Origin: Takakia lepidozioides
Taxonomy: Eukaryota > Plantae > Bryophyta
Length of the DNA stretch: 63,707 bases
NCBI GenBank assembly: GCA_030704615.1
Contig: CM060734.1
Span: 17,546,294 to 17,610,000 of the forward strand
Reading direction: 5' to 3'
The notes beneath the pieces were generated by a model. It saw only the letters and a list, made by a program, of their open reading frames with translations. It had not been told where the DNA came from and ran no database searches. Position 1 is the first letter of the stretch, and each line of letters opens with the position of its first letter. The translations under genes and the position numbers were made by a program. Below, piece after piece: positions 46,501 through 60,200 of this stretch.

Positions 46501-49500
46501 CCGGGCATGGCAATGGATTGCGAGACTCGAGGACGGGTCTGTTTTGGGAGATGGTGCGGATTTTGCGCCACTTGCAGCTTCACCAAGCTGTATCGCCAAC
46601 ATACATCTTGGATAATGTGCCACTGATGGGTGATTCTCGGGCCAAGGTGATGGCCAGTGTGCATCAAGTCTGGTCGTGGCTTGGGTCAGCAGTGTTGCTG
46701 GATGCAGCTGCAGTGGGGTCTCTCTGCCTACCGAGACGGTACAGGCAGCGAGTGGGGGCGAGACGGTGAGGACCACGGGGTATAGACATCCATGGCACAC
46801 GTGGGAGGTGCTCGAGGTCCAGAGGGAGTTGGCAGCCAAGACAGCTGTGATGGATGAGGTTGGGGATTCTTCTCGGGTTGAGGAGGTTCTCAATGATGAG
46901 ATGATGGGGCAGGATGAGGCCTTGTCATTGACTGAGCAGGAAGGGAGTACTGCTCAAGAGGTTGCAGCATAGCAACCACGGGACGCGTCCTCTACCTCTA
47001 AGCCCACTGGACTTAAGGTTGCAGTTACGGAGGACAATTGGGAGCCTGACATTGGACCCATTATCACCGGAGGAGAGAGACGACGTATACGGCGGTTCCT
47101 GAGGGCTTACAAGAATTGCTTTGCCTTCAGTTTGAAGGATTTGGGAGCACTGAAGGGTCAAGAGATCCGTATTGAGTTGGCCACTGACACGCCAATCTTT
47201 CGGAGATCCTATAGATACAGTGACATGGAGAGGTCTTTGATTCAGATGAGGACTCAAGATCTCTGGGAGGCAGGTTTGGTGGAGCTCTCTGGTGGAGAGT
47301 ATGCTTCAGCCACAGTGATGCCAGCTAAGAAGGATGTCTATGGCAATTGGACGGAGAGACGTATGTGCGGTGATTACCGGCCTGTAAATCGTCAGACCAA
47401 GTCCGATAGGTATGCCATGCCGACACCAAAGGAGATCTTTGATGCCATTGGGCATTCCAAGGTCTTTAGCACGTTGGATTTACGATCCGGATATCACCAG
47501 TTGCCGATCAAGGAGGCGGATAAGCAAAAGACGGCATTCTGGGGGATCAATGAGCACGGGAAGGATTGCCTATACCAGTGGCGGTTCTTACCATTTGGGC
47601 TTAAAAACGCTCCCGCTGAGTTTCAAAGAGTCATGGACAGGATTCTAGCAGGGGTGGAGTTTGCTCGGTGCTATATAGATGACATCATCATCTTTAGTGC
47701 TACGGTGGAGGAGCATGAGAGACACCTTCAGGGGGTATTTGAGCCCTTTAGGGCGCACGGATTGAAGTTACATCCGGGAAAGTGCAAGTTTTTCCACAAC
47801 CAGATTGAGTATCTGGGTCACATGATATATCCTGGAGGATTGGGGGTATAGCAGACTAAGGTAGAGTCCATTGCACAGGTTCCACGCCCCACGGATGTAA
47901 GCCGAGTTCGAGCTTTCATGGGGTTAGCAAACTATTACAGACGGTTTGTTAAGGGATTCAGTGCCATTGCAAAGGCTCTAACCAAGTTGACCAAGGTGGA
48001 CCAGGAGTGGCAGTGGAAGATGAGCAAGAACAAGCTTTTCAAGAGCTCAAGGCGAGGTTGACCTCGGCGCCCATCTTGAGACAACCTATCAGGGGGCGTC
48101 CTTTTCAGCTGCATACAGATTGGAGCATGCTGGGGCTTGGAGCGGTGCTCACACAGGTGGATGATGAGGGAAGAGAGTTCGTAGTGGCTTATGCTAGCCT
48201 CTCGAACAATGCTGCAGAGTGGGCCGTGGCACACTTCAGGTGCTATCTATACGACAATCTCTTCACCCTTGTCACGGATCACCAACCACTCAAGTGGTTG
48301 ATGGAGTCAGACAAGCTTACGGGGAAGCTTGCACGGTGGGCACTCATCCTTCAAGAGTATGACTTTCAGGTGGTGCATCGACCGGGTTTGATCAATCGCA
48401 ATGCAGATGGGTTGAGTCGCAATCCATGCACGAGCCAGCAGGATGACACTGGAGCTCGGTGGCGTGGTGAGACGGACGAGGAGATGGTGCCCGGATGGCA
48501 TGCATCTGCATTTCTGTGTATCGTGGCAGCGGAAGGCCAAGTTGGACCTGCAATAGGGATGACTGTAGATCAAGTGTCTGAGGACCCTGAGGCCAGCAAT
48601 GAGCAAGGTGGCGCCAAAGATATACATGAGGATTCAGTTGTGTTGGACTACCTCCGCACTGGAGACACTGCAGCCACTATGACTGCCAAGGAGAGGGATC
48701 GGATCCTACAACGAGCCAAGAGGTTCAAGTGGGAGGGGACACACTTGCTCCGAGTGTGGGAGGATGGTCGAGTGAGGATTGTGCCTCACCCAACACAGCG
48801 GGCACGGTTAGTGCGGCATGCCCACGAGGAGTTGGGGCATTTTGGGGTGCGACGCACCCATAGCCTACTGCAGGGGCAGTATTGGTGGCGTGGTATGCAC
48901 ACAGAGGTGCAACAATTTGTGGCTAGGTGCATGGTGTGTGACAGGGTGCGTGCTTTATTCAACGCCCCTACTCCACAATTGCACCATCTTCCGATCATGG
49001 GATTGGGCTACAGGTGGAGTCTTGACTTCGCAGGGCCGTTGCCACTGACCATGCGCCACAACAAGTACGTGTTGGTGATGGTGGAGCACTTCTCCAAGTG
49101 GATTGAATTGGTTCCATTGCCTGATAAGGCTAGTGAGGGAGCTGCGTATGCATTCTTGGATTGTGTGCTTAGCCGATTCGGTGCTCCAGCTGAGGTACTC
49201 ACGGACCAAGGGAGAGAGTTCTTGGGGGAGTTTCAGGCTTTGTGTGACAAGGCCTTGATAGACCACCGCACCACTTCTCGAGATCATCCTGAGGCTGATG
49301 GCTTGGCAGAGAGAGTTGTTCAAATAGTAAAGAGGGGTTTGCGCAAGTATGGCTTGCAGAAGGGACACCTAGGAGATTGGGACCTTCAGTTACCCTGGTT
49401 AGCCATGGGCTACAGGTTCAGCAAGCAAGCATCACTTGCCTCCTTCTCACCATACTTTCTTCTCTTTGGCCGAGAGCTGGATTTGCCTACATCCATTCGC

Positions 49501-50063
49501 AGAGAAGCTGCTACAGTTCTTAACCTTGACGATCCGGACGTGTGGGCACGTGCATGTGAGCAGCGTGCAGAGTTGTTCAAGAGAGTCATGCCCATGGCTT
49601 TCGAGAACCTTGCCATTGCACAACACCGTGATACGTTGACGTATGCTACCATACGTGGTGGGGGCTATCGTCCTGGGGTTCGGAGATTCGACCCTGGTGA
49701 CTATGTCTATCTGCAGCAGACTGCTCCTACGACCCTGGATGTGACTGCAGGACGTGTTATTTTGAGGGTTCGAGAGGTCTTGCCCTCAGGCGTCTTGGTC
49801 TTGGAGGGTCGGGATGACATAACTTGGAAGGACCATGTGCGTAATTGTGCGCCATGTCACCTTCCAAATGTCGATGGCAGGATTGACCCAAACCTGGCAG
49901 TGGTATCTGCAGGTTTAAGGTGCATGTTGTGTGGGTCTGCTAAAGGGCAGCCACCATGCTGGTGTGTGATCGATGCTCTAGAGGTTGGCATATGGGATGC
50001 TTGACTCCACCTCTTGAGATGGTTCCGGATGGGGATTGGTTATGTCCACATTGCATTGGATAA
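46501..50063 (+). mobile_element. Ty3/Gypsy pol (RT, RNase H, integrase) with C-terminal PHD finger; degenerate
   Basis: RMCGDYR, LDLRSGYHQ, YIDDII, HTDWS, HEELGHFG..C..C, SLDFAGP, TDQGREF, GLAER. Frameshifted CMLC..MLVCDRC..GWHMGCL..WLCPHC*. Internal stops and frameshifts. Confidence 0.92.
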
Positions 50064-50067
50064 TGGG

Positions 50068-52505
50068 TGTCGCGCACCTCACTTCGGTAAGCTCCCCTTC
50101 AAGTCATAGTTACTCGCTTTGATGCGCGCGCCTGACTCCCAACCTGGCCGCCCGGGCCAACTTGGAGCTTCGGCTGCTCACCGGGACATAACGGTCCCCC
50201 CTTTGCTTCCTTCTAAACCCTCCACCTAATTGGGACTAGGAGAATTCCCTTTGGTAGATGGCAGTCCGGAACAGCTCCCCACTCTTTGGTCGCTTTCCGG
50301 CTCGCTCGCTTACTCACTAGTTTTTGGTCACCAACGGGCTTGCACCGTTCTCGGAGTCACTACTCCCCTTATATATACTTCTGTAGCTGTCCGCGGGGGT
50401 TCCACAACCAGCCATGCCATTTTATGGCGAACCACCACGAAAACCCTCGACTCCCGGTGATGAGTCGCGGTGAGTCTTGGCCCGCTCACCACGGCCCCTA
50501 TGGACCGTGATGAGTCCCAAGACTCCCCACGACTCCCACCACGAGGTCTCCGCCCCCATGGTGAGTCCTATGCCACCCCCACTAAGTCCCGCTAAGCTAC
50601 CACCACCCTTGTGGAGCCACCCCCACCGCAACCCGGTGTGCGGGGCTCCACCTAGTGAGCGCCTCCGCCTCCTTGAGTGCCTTGGGCACTCAAGGGTGCT
50701 TCAGCCCCCCATACCCATCGCTGCCACTGCCCCCACCACAGGGGCAGCCCCTCATGTGTCCCGACCCCCTGCCCTCAAGGCAAAGGGCCGCGACACACAC
50801 CCCTACCAACAGGGAGTCAATGTCCTCATCGACTTGTCCATTTTGTAGAAACGAACATCCAAGTTGTGGCGTCCCACATCAAGGAGTTTGTTTCCGCACC
50901 ATGGCGTCCCATGGCAAAGAACCAAACCCCACACTTGACTCTACTCTCCACTAGCTAGTTCGGCCGACTTCCTCCAAGTCCCGGCCAAGGGTGGAGCCTC
51001 TCCAGCTCCTCCCAGTGCACTCTTCTTGGCCTACTTCAAGGCCAAGGAACGATCCTCCCCGAGGATCGAATCGCCTTACTGCAACAACTTTGCTTGCGAT
51101 CGCTCATGATGCCGCTTTTGGCATCACCTTGAGCAAGGGTTCACCTGGAACCCTCTTTGACTAGGACGATAACCTTGAACCAACCGTGCGCCCCAATCAC
51201 TACAATTGGGTCCGCCTTGGAATGCTGGCCTGAGGTACGGGAACACGCCGAAGCCGCACTACGACTTCGTCCCGAGGCTACACGATTATAGTACGTGAAC
51301 GGAAGCACGTAGCTTCCGCGTTAGCCCGCACTACAAGGCAACCCCCTCGGTAGCGCAGTTATAGTACGCGCACGCGCCAGGTGCGCACTAGCACGTGAAC
51401 TCCCAAAGAAGGCGCAAGTTCCCTTGCCCCTTGGATGGGAGTCACCCGATTTCGGCACTGCGCAAACACACGATTAACCCAATTTACCTCTCCCACTTTT
51501 GTAAGCTAGCATGCATTCTACACACTAGCCAACCACACCATGCATCACCATTCCCCAATAGGACGCACAATATTTGGAACCCATTTCCTTTATAACAAAT
51601 TTTTGTACAATACAAGTTTTTGCAATTGGATTCCTGAGCTAGCTAAACCAGGCTAAGCATGCATTTCCTCCCCCACGCTCCAAGGTTGATGTCCCCATCA
51701 ACCCTTCTTCCGCCGTTGAGGTCGCCCTTCGAAAGCTGTAACCGCCTCGGATGCGTTTCCCATTTCTGAGGCACGCACCCAAGATGCCTCCACATGATGA
51801 TAGCCCTTCCATTTGACGAGATACTCCGTTTCTCGGTTCCTGAACCTCCTCGACTTAAGTATTGCCTCCACCTCGTACTCAAGTTCATTTTCATGATCCA
51901 ACAGCATAGGTGGCGGACGCAACACTTGATGCCGATTCGGACGCGCTTCATCTTTGAAGTAAGGTTTCAAAAGGGAGACATGGAATACTGGGTGCACCTT
52001 GCTGTTTGCCGGCAGCTCCAATTCATACACATCCTCATTCATAACCTTCCGAATGCGAAAGGGTCCCGCATACGGAGGTACGAACTTCGGACTCACTTCC
52101 GGAGGTAGTCGGAAATTCTTGATGTTCAACCAGACCTCTGTGCCTGCCTCAAACTTCACTTCCCTCCGCTTCCGATTCGCCTGCCTTTCATACCGTTTCC
52201 TAGCTTTGGCAATATTGTACTTTGCGAGCTTCAACAAACGCTCGCGTTCTTCCAGTACCGCCGCTACTGCCGGTTCCTCAACGTCCTGGGCGGCCCAACT
52301 TGTTGGCACCAGAGGTGCTTTTCCATAGACCAATACAAAAGGGGAAACTCCCGTTGCGGAGTGTTCTGTGTTATTATAACAGAACTCTGCCGCGTCTAAG
52401 TGTTCCATCCAGTCTGATTGGTCTGCCGACACGTAATTCCGCAGAATTGCTTCACTACGGAATTCACTCTTTCCATTTGGCCGTCGGTCGTAGGTCGGAA
52501 GGCGG
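50068..52505 (-). mobile_element. Chromovirus 3' part: integrase C-terminus + chromodomain (52505-51698), PPT (~51680-51664), 3' LTR (51663-50068)
   Basis: TAFRPTTDGQMER, YAGPF, VHPVFHVSLLK, YEVEAILKSR..EYLVKWKGY..ASW. Purine tract GGGGGAGGAAA then TG...; LTR ends ...GCGCGACA. Confidence 0.88.
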
Positions 52506-52629
52506 TGTTAGAGGACTGTAGGGGACTTAGACACTTATACGGGATCTGTAGGGTACCCTTAATTTTTGCACAGACTGAGACAAACAGGAACCTTAGGGGT
52601 GACAGCAGCGCACTGTAGAGGGGGGTTAC

Positions 52630-52995
52630 ATAGCCCACACAGCCGACACAGCAGTCACAGCCCACACAGCCAATACAGCCCGTCACAGTCGTCACAGCCC
52701 ACACAGCCGACACAGCCGTCACAGCCCACACAGCCGTCACAGTCGTCACAGCCCACACAGCCCACACAGCCCGTCACAGTCGTCACAGCAGACACAGCCC
52801 ACACAGCCAACACAGCCCGTCACAGTCGTCACAGCCCACACACCCGTCACAGTCGTCACAGCCCACACAGCCCACACAGCCCGTCACAGTCGTCACAGCA
52901 GACACAGCCCACACAGCCAGTCACAGCCCGGCACAGCCACACAGCCAGTCACAGCCCGACACAGCCAAACACAGCCAGTCACCGCTTGACACAGC
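52630..52995. repeat. CACAGCC/CACAGTCGT minisatellite
   Basis: Dozens of 9-nt-like units. Confidence 0.9.
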
Positions 52996-53507
52996 TGTCA
53001 CGATAATAGGGAACGAAGAGTAGGACAGGGAACGACTGTGGGGAACAACACCAGTAAAGGGAACATGTTAGTTCACATACGACGGTTAGAGAGGGAAACG
53101 GTTAGAACCGCGGATAGGAGGATAAAGGGAAGAACGGGGAATAGGAAGGGGATCATTATTCGGGGAGGACTTCGGAGACAGGCGGGAGCGGAGATCGGAG
53201 AGCACGATGAAGGAGAAAAGAGGATTAGTAGATGCTTGTCATATGCAAAGCTAGAGTGATATTGTAGAGCAGATTAGAGACATAATGGATTCGGCCTGAT
53301 ACCTGATAAATCATAATCTGATGCTTATACGATACAATCACACTGTGTAGAGAGATCTGAGTGAGCTGTGGATTGAATGGAGGAGTTAAGGAAACCGATA
53401 AATTGATGAAGCAAACTGATACTTAATTATCAATGGTAAGGTAGCTAAGATGAATGCGGAAAAGGAAACAAATAGGAAACACCCCCATGATACACTAGCT
53501 GTAGGTC

Positions 53508-54203
53508 ATGACTGATTGTTCTGCGCGGGCTGAGTACTTAGAGATTTCCAACTCTTCTATCTTGGAGTTTCCGCCTCGGATAGCGAAGGGATGGGTGAGT
53601 AAAAGCCGCGCGACATTTGGCGACCATACTGGGGACCTGGGACATGAACAACCAGATGTGACAGGCATCTGGTGGGATCATGGTGGTTGGACCATTAAAG
53701 AGTTTGAAGTGAATCAAATTCCCTGTGGAACGAAGGAAGAAAGATTGTCCAAACAATTCTTTCAAAGGTTCTTGGAATTGCCAGACGGATGTAAAGAAAA
53801 TATTCTTAAACGAGTGCATGATGCTGATCCAGAATGGGGTCTGGAGAAAGGAGTGATAAAGATTTATCAGGTAGCCTGTAGAGGAAGAGCACGTTGGTTA
53901 CCAACATTAGTTTATGTGATAGCGTTGCTATCCATTAAACGAGTAGAGTTTGAAGGTTGGGAAGAAAGAAAGGTGAATGTTTATACTCATATGCATGAAG
54001 AGCTTGTACTGGTAAAGAATTGGATTCCAAAGGATATTTTGTGGATCAAACTCACACCAAGAACAGCTTTTCAGACTTGTTTGCCATATGGTTATATGGT
54101 AACGGAGACTTCAAGTATAGCCAAGGGTGCATTGAAGCTTGAAAGAAATCCAGGCATATACGAGAGATATTACAGAAGAGAGTTTTGGTTATTGCCACAT
54201 TAA
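53508..54203 (+). CDS. Extra 5' ORF of the Gypsy element (231 aa, unknown function)
   Basis: Open frame upstream of gag, starting within the LTR and reading through the PBS. Confidence 0.5.
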   Translation: MTDCSARAEYLEISNSSILEFPPRIAKGWVSKSRATFGDHTGDLGHEQPDVTGIWWDHGGWTIKEFEVNQIPCGTKEERLSKQFFQRFLELPDGCKENILKRVHDADPEWGLEKGVIKIYQVACRGRARWLPTLVYVIALLSIKRVEFEGWEERKVNVYTHMHEELVLVKNWIPKDILWIKLTPRTAFQTCLPYGYMVTETSSIAKGALKLERNPGIYERYYRREFWLLPH

Positions 54204-54224
54204 AAGAAATGAAAGACATGGGAC

Positions 54225-57200
54225 ATGAGTGATGAAAGAGAAGCTAGACGACAAAGATATTCATCAAAAAGAGAAAGCTATCTGAAAGCTAATTATCCAT
54301 ATCTTTGGGAGAGAGGAATAGACATAGGGGAATCATCTGGACCTCTCACACCATCAAGATCAAAAAGTGCATCACCTATACCGGAAGAACTAGAGTTGGA
54401 TGCCACTCCTTCTGTTTCTTTGCAAGAAAGATTAAGGGAATTGGTACAGGAAGAAGATCAATCACGAGGTGAAAGATCTGAGGTACATCCTTGGATAAAA
54501 GACTTGACAGAAATCTTTGATAAGAGTTGGCATGGAACACCAAAAGCAGGAACTCCAGTTTCTGAAGCAGAAGATGAAGAAGGAGATGAGGATGTGGCAG
54601 AGCCAACGGAGAGTTCAGACTCTCCAACACCATTACAGTTGAGTTACATGAGTGAAGAAGAAACCCAAGGGCAGAACTTGGAGGATGAAAACAGAGAGAA
54701 GAAATTGGAAGAGGAAGAATATGAAGAAGTAGACCCAACAGCTGAGGTTGAGACTACAACCAGGACATCCCAACCCGTTGGACCTGGATCAAGTGGAGCA
54801 CTTGGATCACAGGCCAACGAAGGTGTCGGCTCAGGGGGATCAGGCGGGCTGCCTGGATCTGGCTCTGGGGGGACAGGGAGTGTGGGAAGTAGTGCAACTG
54901 AAGCTGGGAATACTGTGAATATCGTGGGGCCAGAAGCAGGGAGTGCTCAAGGGCCACCACTTGGTGGAAGATCCACCACAAAAACAACAGGTCCAGAAGG
55001 ACCAGCACCAGCAAGGTGCCAGCACCTGTCAGTGGGCAGAAGGTAGGGCCACAGATGGCGTTACAACCAACACGGGCAAAACCACCCTTTCCAATATATT
55101 CAGGAAAAGGGGATCCCGATGTACACATTAGCCAATTTGAGCACATGTGTATAGTGAACAATGAGAATGGCGATGATGCCAAGATGAGACTGTTTCCTTG
55201 TTCACTTATCAAGAAAGCAAGTGAATGGTATGCAAGATTCCCTGATAATCATTTCCTAACCTGGAATGGCTTGAATACAGCATTTCGAAATAGGTTCAGG
55301 ACAAGTAAAACTGAGGATGAAGTGTATGGAAGTTTACAACAGCTGAAGCAGAAGAAGCATGAAACTGTTGAAGAGTATATGGAGAAGATGGAATTGATGA
55401 TGAAAAAGCTGGCTGCAGTACCAGCACCCGGTTTACAGAAGACTTGGTTTGTGAGTGGACTAAGACCAGAGTTGCAGAAGAAAGTGGATATGTTACCCCA
55501 TAATACAGTGGAGGAGGCATTTGAAACTGCAAACAGAATTGAGCAATTGGGAATGCTCAGGAGAGAGAAAAAGGAAGATGAGGACTCTGAAGATGAGTCA
55601 GATGAAGAAGAAGAGCAAGAACTAAAAAGAAAGAGTAAGAGAAAGGAAAAGTTGAAGAGGGATAACTATGAGAAAAGATTGGAAGAAATCTTGAAGAAGT
55701 ATGCCACAGAGGCTGCAACACATTGGAGGAAGGGTGTATGGTGTGCAAAGTGCCAGAATGAAGGCCATACCACTACAGAATGCCACATGAAGGAGAAACA
55801 CTGTACTATCTGTAAAATGGATAACCATTCTACTGAGAATTGTTACTACAACAGAAGGACAGCTGCAAGAGAACCTAGGCAAGTGAGGGTGCATCAGGTG
55901 CAGCCCCAGCCAAGAAGAAGCAATGATCAGGACCACTATGGTAGGTCTGGTGGCTATAACAATGGCATGGAAGGGAGAGGTAATTCAAGAGGGAATTACC
56001 AAGGAAATTCCAGAGGCAACTATCAGGGTAATCCAAGGGGGAATTACCAGCCCGGGAATCAGGATTATAGAAATAATCCAAGACCAGACCAAGGGCGAGG
56101 ACCCAATGGTGAAGAGCTATGTTACTATTGTAATCAGCCAGGACATCGCAAGGCAGCCTGTTCATTCTGGATAAGACACCAGAATGAGATGAGAGCTCCT
56201 GTGAATGAGGGCCCAGTGGTGGCAGCTCACATGGTTAGGCCATGTGTTGTACCAGAAGTAAGTACAATGATAGTAACAAGAAGTAAAGCCAAACTAATAC
56301 CTCCAGTAGAAGAGGAAGAAGATGAGACTGAAAGTGGCAATGATATGCCTGAAGATGAAGAGACTTGGAAGGATGAGAAGGAACTGCACAAGGAAGTGGC
56401 AGATACTATAAGGGAAATGCAAAAGAGTACGGATATTCCTGTGGCAGATTCCTCTGATTCGGATGGAGAAAAAGAGGGGAGTGAGGAAGAAAGGAAAAAA
56501 AAGATGCAGACATGCAAAGTAATGAAGAGACTTTGGCTGAAGTAATATGTCAGACCAAAGCAGAAATTACCATTGGACAGCTATTAGCTGTGGCACCTTA
56601 TTGTAGGCACAGGCTGTATCAGGCAATCAATCGAATTGCCCAAGAGACAGGAAACACAGACCTGAACAGCAAGGTGACCAGTTATAATGTGAAGCCGGAA
56701 GGGCGAGAACCAGTCATGGACTTTGATGATTCTATGCCAGTAATCCAATTGAGAATTGGAAGCACAGAACTAACTGATGTACTGATAGATGGTGGTTCTG
56801 GAGTAAATATCATGACAGACCAATTAAGGAAGAAGCTTGGTCTAAGTAACATGAAACCAGCCCCATTTACAGTAACAATGGCAGATCAAAGAAGTGTACA
56901 GCCATTGGGATTAATAAGAGGAGTTAAGATACAGATACAGAAAATGATCTTTATGATCACAGTAACTGTATTAAAAATGGATGAAGTCATGGAGGCTTAC
57001 TCCTTATTATTGGGACGTCCGTGGCTGAAACAGGCAGGCAAGGGTATTCCATGACTGGAATTCTCAGTTACTAACTGTGCATAATGGGATGCACGAGATA
57101 CAAATTACCACAAAGAAATCTAGTAGATTACCTGCGACAAGAAGACCTCGAGGAGTCAGAGAGTATGACTGGAAGGGAGGACTGGATGAGGAGCAGGAAG

Positions 57201-60200
57201 CTACCCTATTTGCTGCACACCCAGAATGGGAGCAGGTTGCAGAGATGCGGCTGGAAAGCCTAAGTTGTTTGAGAGGTATCTGCTGTGGTGTAGTGACAGC
57301 AACACCAACTGAAGAAGAAACCAGCATTTACCCATCACATTTCTATGAAGAAAGAGAAGGAGAAATAGAAATCCTAGAAGAACCAGCCACTGTGAGCTTA
57401 CAGGATGAAGTGGTGACCGGTTGGACAATCACAGCTGATGAGCAGGTGAGAGAAGTAAATGTGGGAACTCAGGAGGAACCGAGGATGGTGAAAGTAGGAG
57501 CTGATTTGGAGCCGGAATTCTTCGAAGAAGCTAAAAGCTTGTTCATCAAATACAGAGATGTATTTGCTTGGAGCTATGAGGATCTAAAAGGGATACCACC
57601 TGAAGTCTGTCAGCATAAAATTGAACTGGAACCAGGGTCAGTACCAATCAAGCAGGCGAGGTATAGAATGAATCCCAACTACGCACAGAAGGTTGGAGAA
57701 GAGATAAAGAAGTTGGCTGAGGCTAAGTTTATATACCCAATAGAGTATACAACTTGGTTGTCACCCATTGTTATAGTTCCCAAGAAGAATGGCAAACTAA
57801 GAGTATGTGTGAACTATAAGAAGCTGAATGCTTGTACGAAGAAAGATCCTTTCCCTTTGCCATTCACAGAAGCAGTATTAGACACTGTGGCAGGCCATGA
57901 GATGTACTCATTCATGGATGGCTTCAGTGGTTATAATCAAGTGCAAGTGGCAGAAGAAGACCAAGGGAAAACAGCTTTCATCACAGACTGGGGGGCTTAT
58001 GCATACAAAGTCATGCCCTTTGGACTTTGTAATGCACCAGCGACCTTTCAGAGAGTGATAAGTGAATCTTTTCAAGAGTATCTGGATGATTTCATGCAGG
58101 TGTTTTTGGATGATTTCAGTGTGTACAGCTCTAAGAATGAGCACTTGCATAAATTGGAGTTATGCCTGGCCAGATGCAGGATGAGAGGTCTGGGCTTGAA
58201 CCCAGAGAAGTGTACTTTCTGTGTGAACTCAGGGGTGCTTCTGGGACACATTGTGTGTAAGAAGGGACTCCTTGTGGATCCCAGGAAGACAGAGTCCATT
58301 AAAGCCTCTCCACCACCAGTGAATGTTAAGAGTTTAAGGAGATTCCTTGGGCAAACCAGTTATTACAGAAGATTTGTCAAAGGTATGCACAAATAGCAGC
58401 ACCATTGAGCAAGCTTCTGAAGAAAGATGCAGTGTTTGCATGGACAGCTGAATGTCAACAGGCGTTTGAGGAACTTACACTGTCAGTAACAACTACACCT
58501 GTGCTGATTAACCCTCACTGGCATGTAGTATTTCATGTTCACTGCGATGCATCAGGAGAAGCGTTGGGAGCGGTGTTAGCCCAGAATGTTACAGGGAATA
58601 TAGATTCACCTGTGTACTATGCTAGCCGGTTGATGAACAGTGCTGAGAGGAACTATAGCACAACGGAAAGAGAAGCATTGGCAATGATCTATGCAGTGAA
58701 GAAATTCAGGCATTACCTATTGGGAAGAAAGTTTATGTTTTATGTGGATCACCAGGCTCTGATATATCTGGTGAACAAACCTTTGATAAGTGGAAGGATA
58801 GCGAGGTGGTTAATAATCTTGCATGAGTTTGAGTTCGAGGTTATTTACAAGCCTGGCCGTTTGCATCTTGTGGCAGATCATTTGTCACGACTAACAACAG
58901 GAGAGGCCGCCACAGGAGTGGACGATCAGTTACCTGATGCGAGTTTATTTGTAATGGAGGTGCAAGGAAGTGCAGATGAATGGTTAGATTGGCAGTGGCC
59001 AATCAGATACTACCTTGCTCATGGTCAGTGCCCACCTAGTTATGGTAAGGAGCAGAGGAAGAGAATTGCTATCAGAGCTTTACCTTATACTATGGTAGGA
59101 AGCAGAATGTATAAGTTAGGACCTGATGGAGTACTAAAACGATGCTTGTACCACCATGAAGTAAATAAAGTCTTGGAGGAAGTTCATAAAGGAGTGGCTG
59201 GAGGTCATTTTGGAGAAGAGACTACCAGTAGAAAGATACTACTCGCAGGATACTGGTGGCCTACTTTGTTCAAAGATGTACATGAGTATTGTCAGAAGTG
59301 TGATGAATGTCAGAGGCTAGGACCTTTGCAGAGATCTGGAAGAATGGCCTTGCATCCTACAATGCCTACGGAACCATTTCAGAAATGGGGACTAGACTTT
59401 GTTGGACCAATTAATCCACCATCCAAGAATACACAAAACAGGTACATAATTACAGCCACTGATTATACTACAAAGTGGGTGGAAGCTAAAGCTTTGAGGA
59501 CAACACAGCCAAGTCCACAGCAAGGTTCCTGTACGAGAACATACTTACACGATTTGGATGTCCCTTAGAATTTATCAGTGATCAAGGAAGTCACTTCATG
59601 AATGAGACCATTGAGTTATTGACTAAAGAGTTTATGATTGTGCATAGAAAGAGTACAACATATTACCCACAGGGTAATGGACAAGCAGAGGCTACCAACA
59701 AAATACTATGTACTATCTTGGCTAAGATAGTCAATGCAAACAGAACGGATTGGGATACAAAGCTGCTGACAGCTTTATGGTCATACAGGACTTCGTATAA
59801 AGTCACCACAAAGTATACACCATTCCAATTAGTTTATGGTATGGAAGCCTTACTTCCAGTGGAATTCCTGTTACCTACCATGAGAACGGAGTGGGGAAAA
59901 AGAATGGAATTGCAAGACTCCATCAAGGTCAGGAAACATGAATTATACCATGTGGAAGAAGTACGTGCTGATGCAGCGGATAATATGACCAGAATTCAGA
60001 TGAAGCGAAAGGAACAGTTTGATGAAGGCAAATTAAAGACTTTTAAGACGGGGGATTTGGTTCTATGGTTGCAGAAGAAAGGAAAGATTCAAGCTTCTAA
60101 GCTTAAATCACCATGGAAAGGACCTTATGTCATCCAAAAGATGTATGATAACAACACAGCCATGTTACAAACCATTAACAAAGAAATGCTGGGAAGAGTC

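Noticed and set aside
45935-46893. ORFs spanning X runs
   Set aside because: Artefacts of the N gap.
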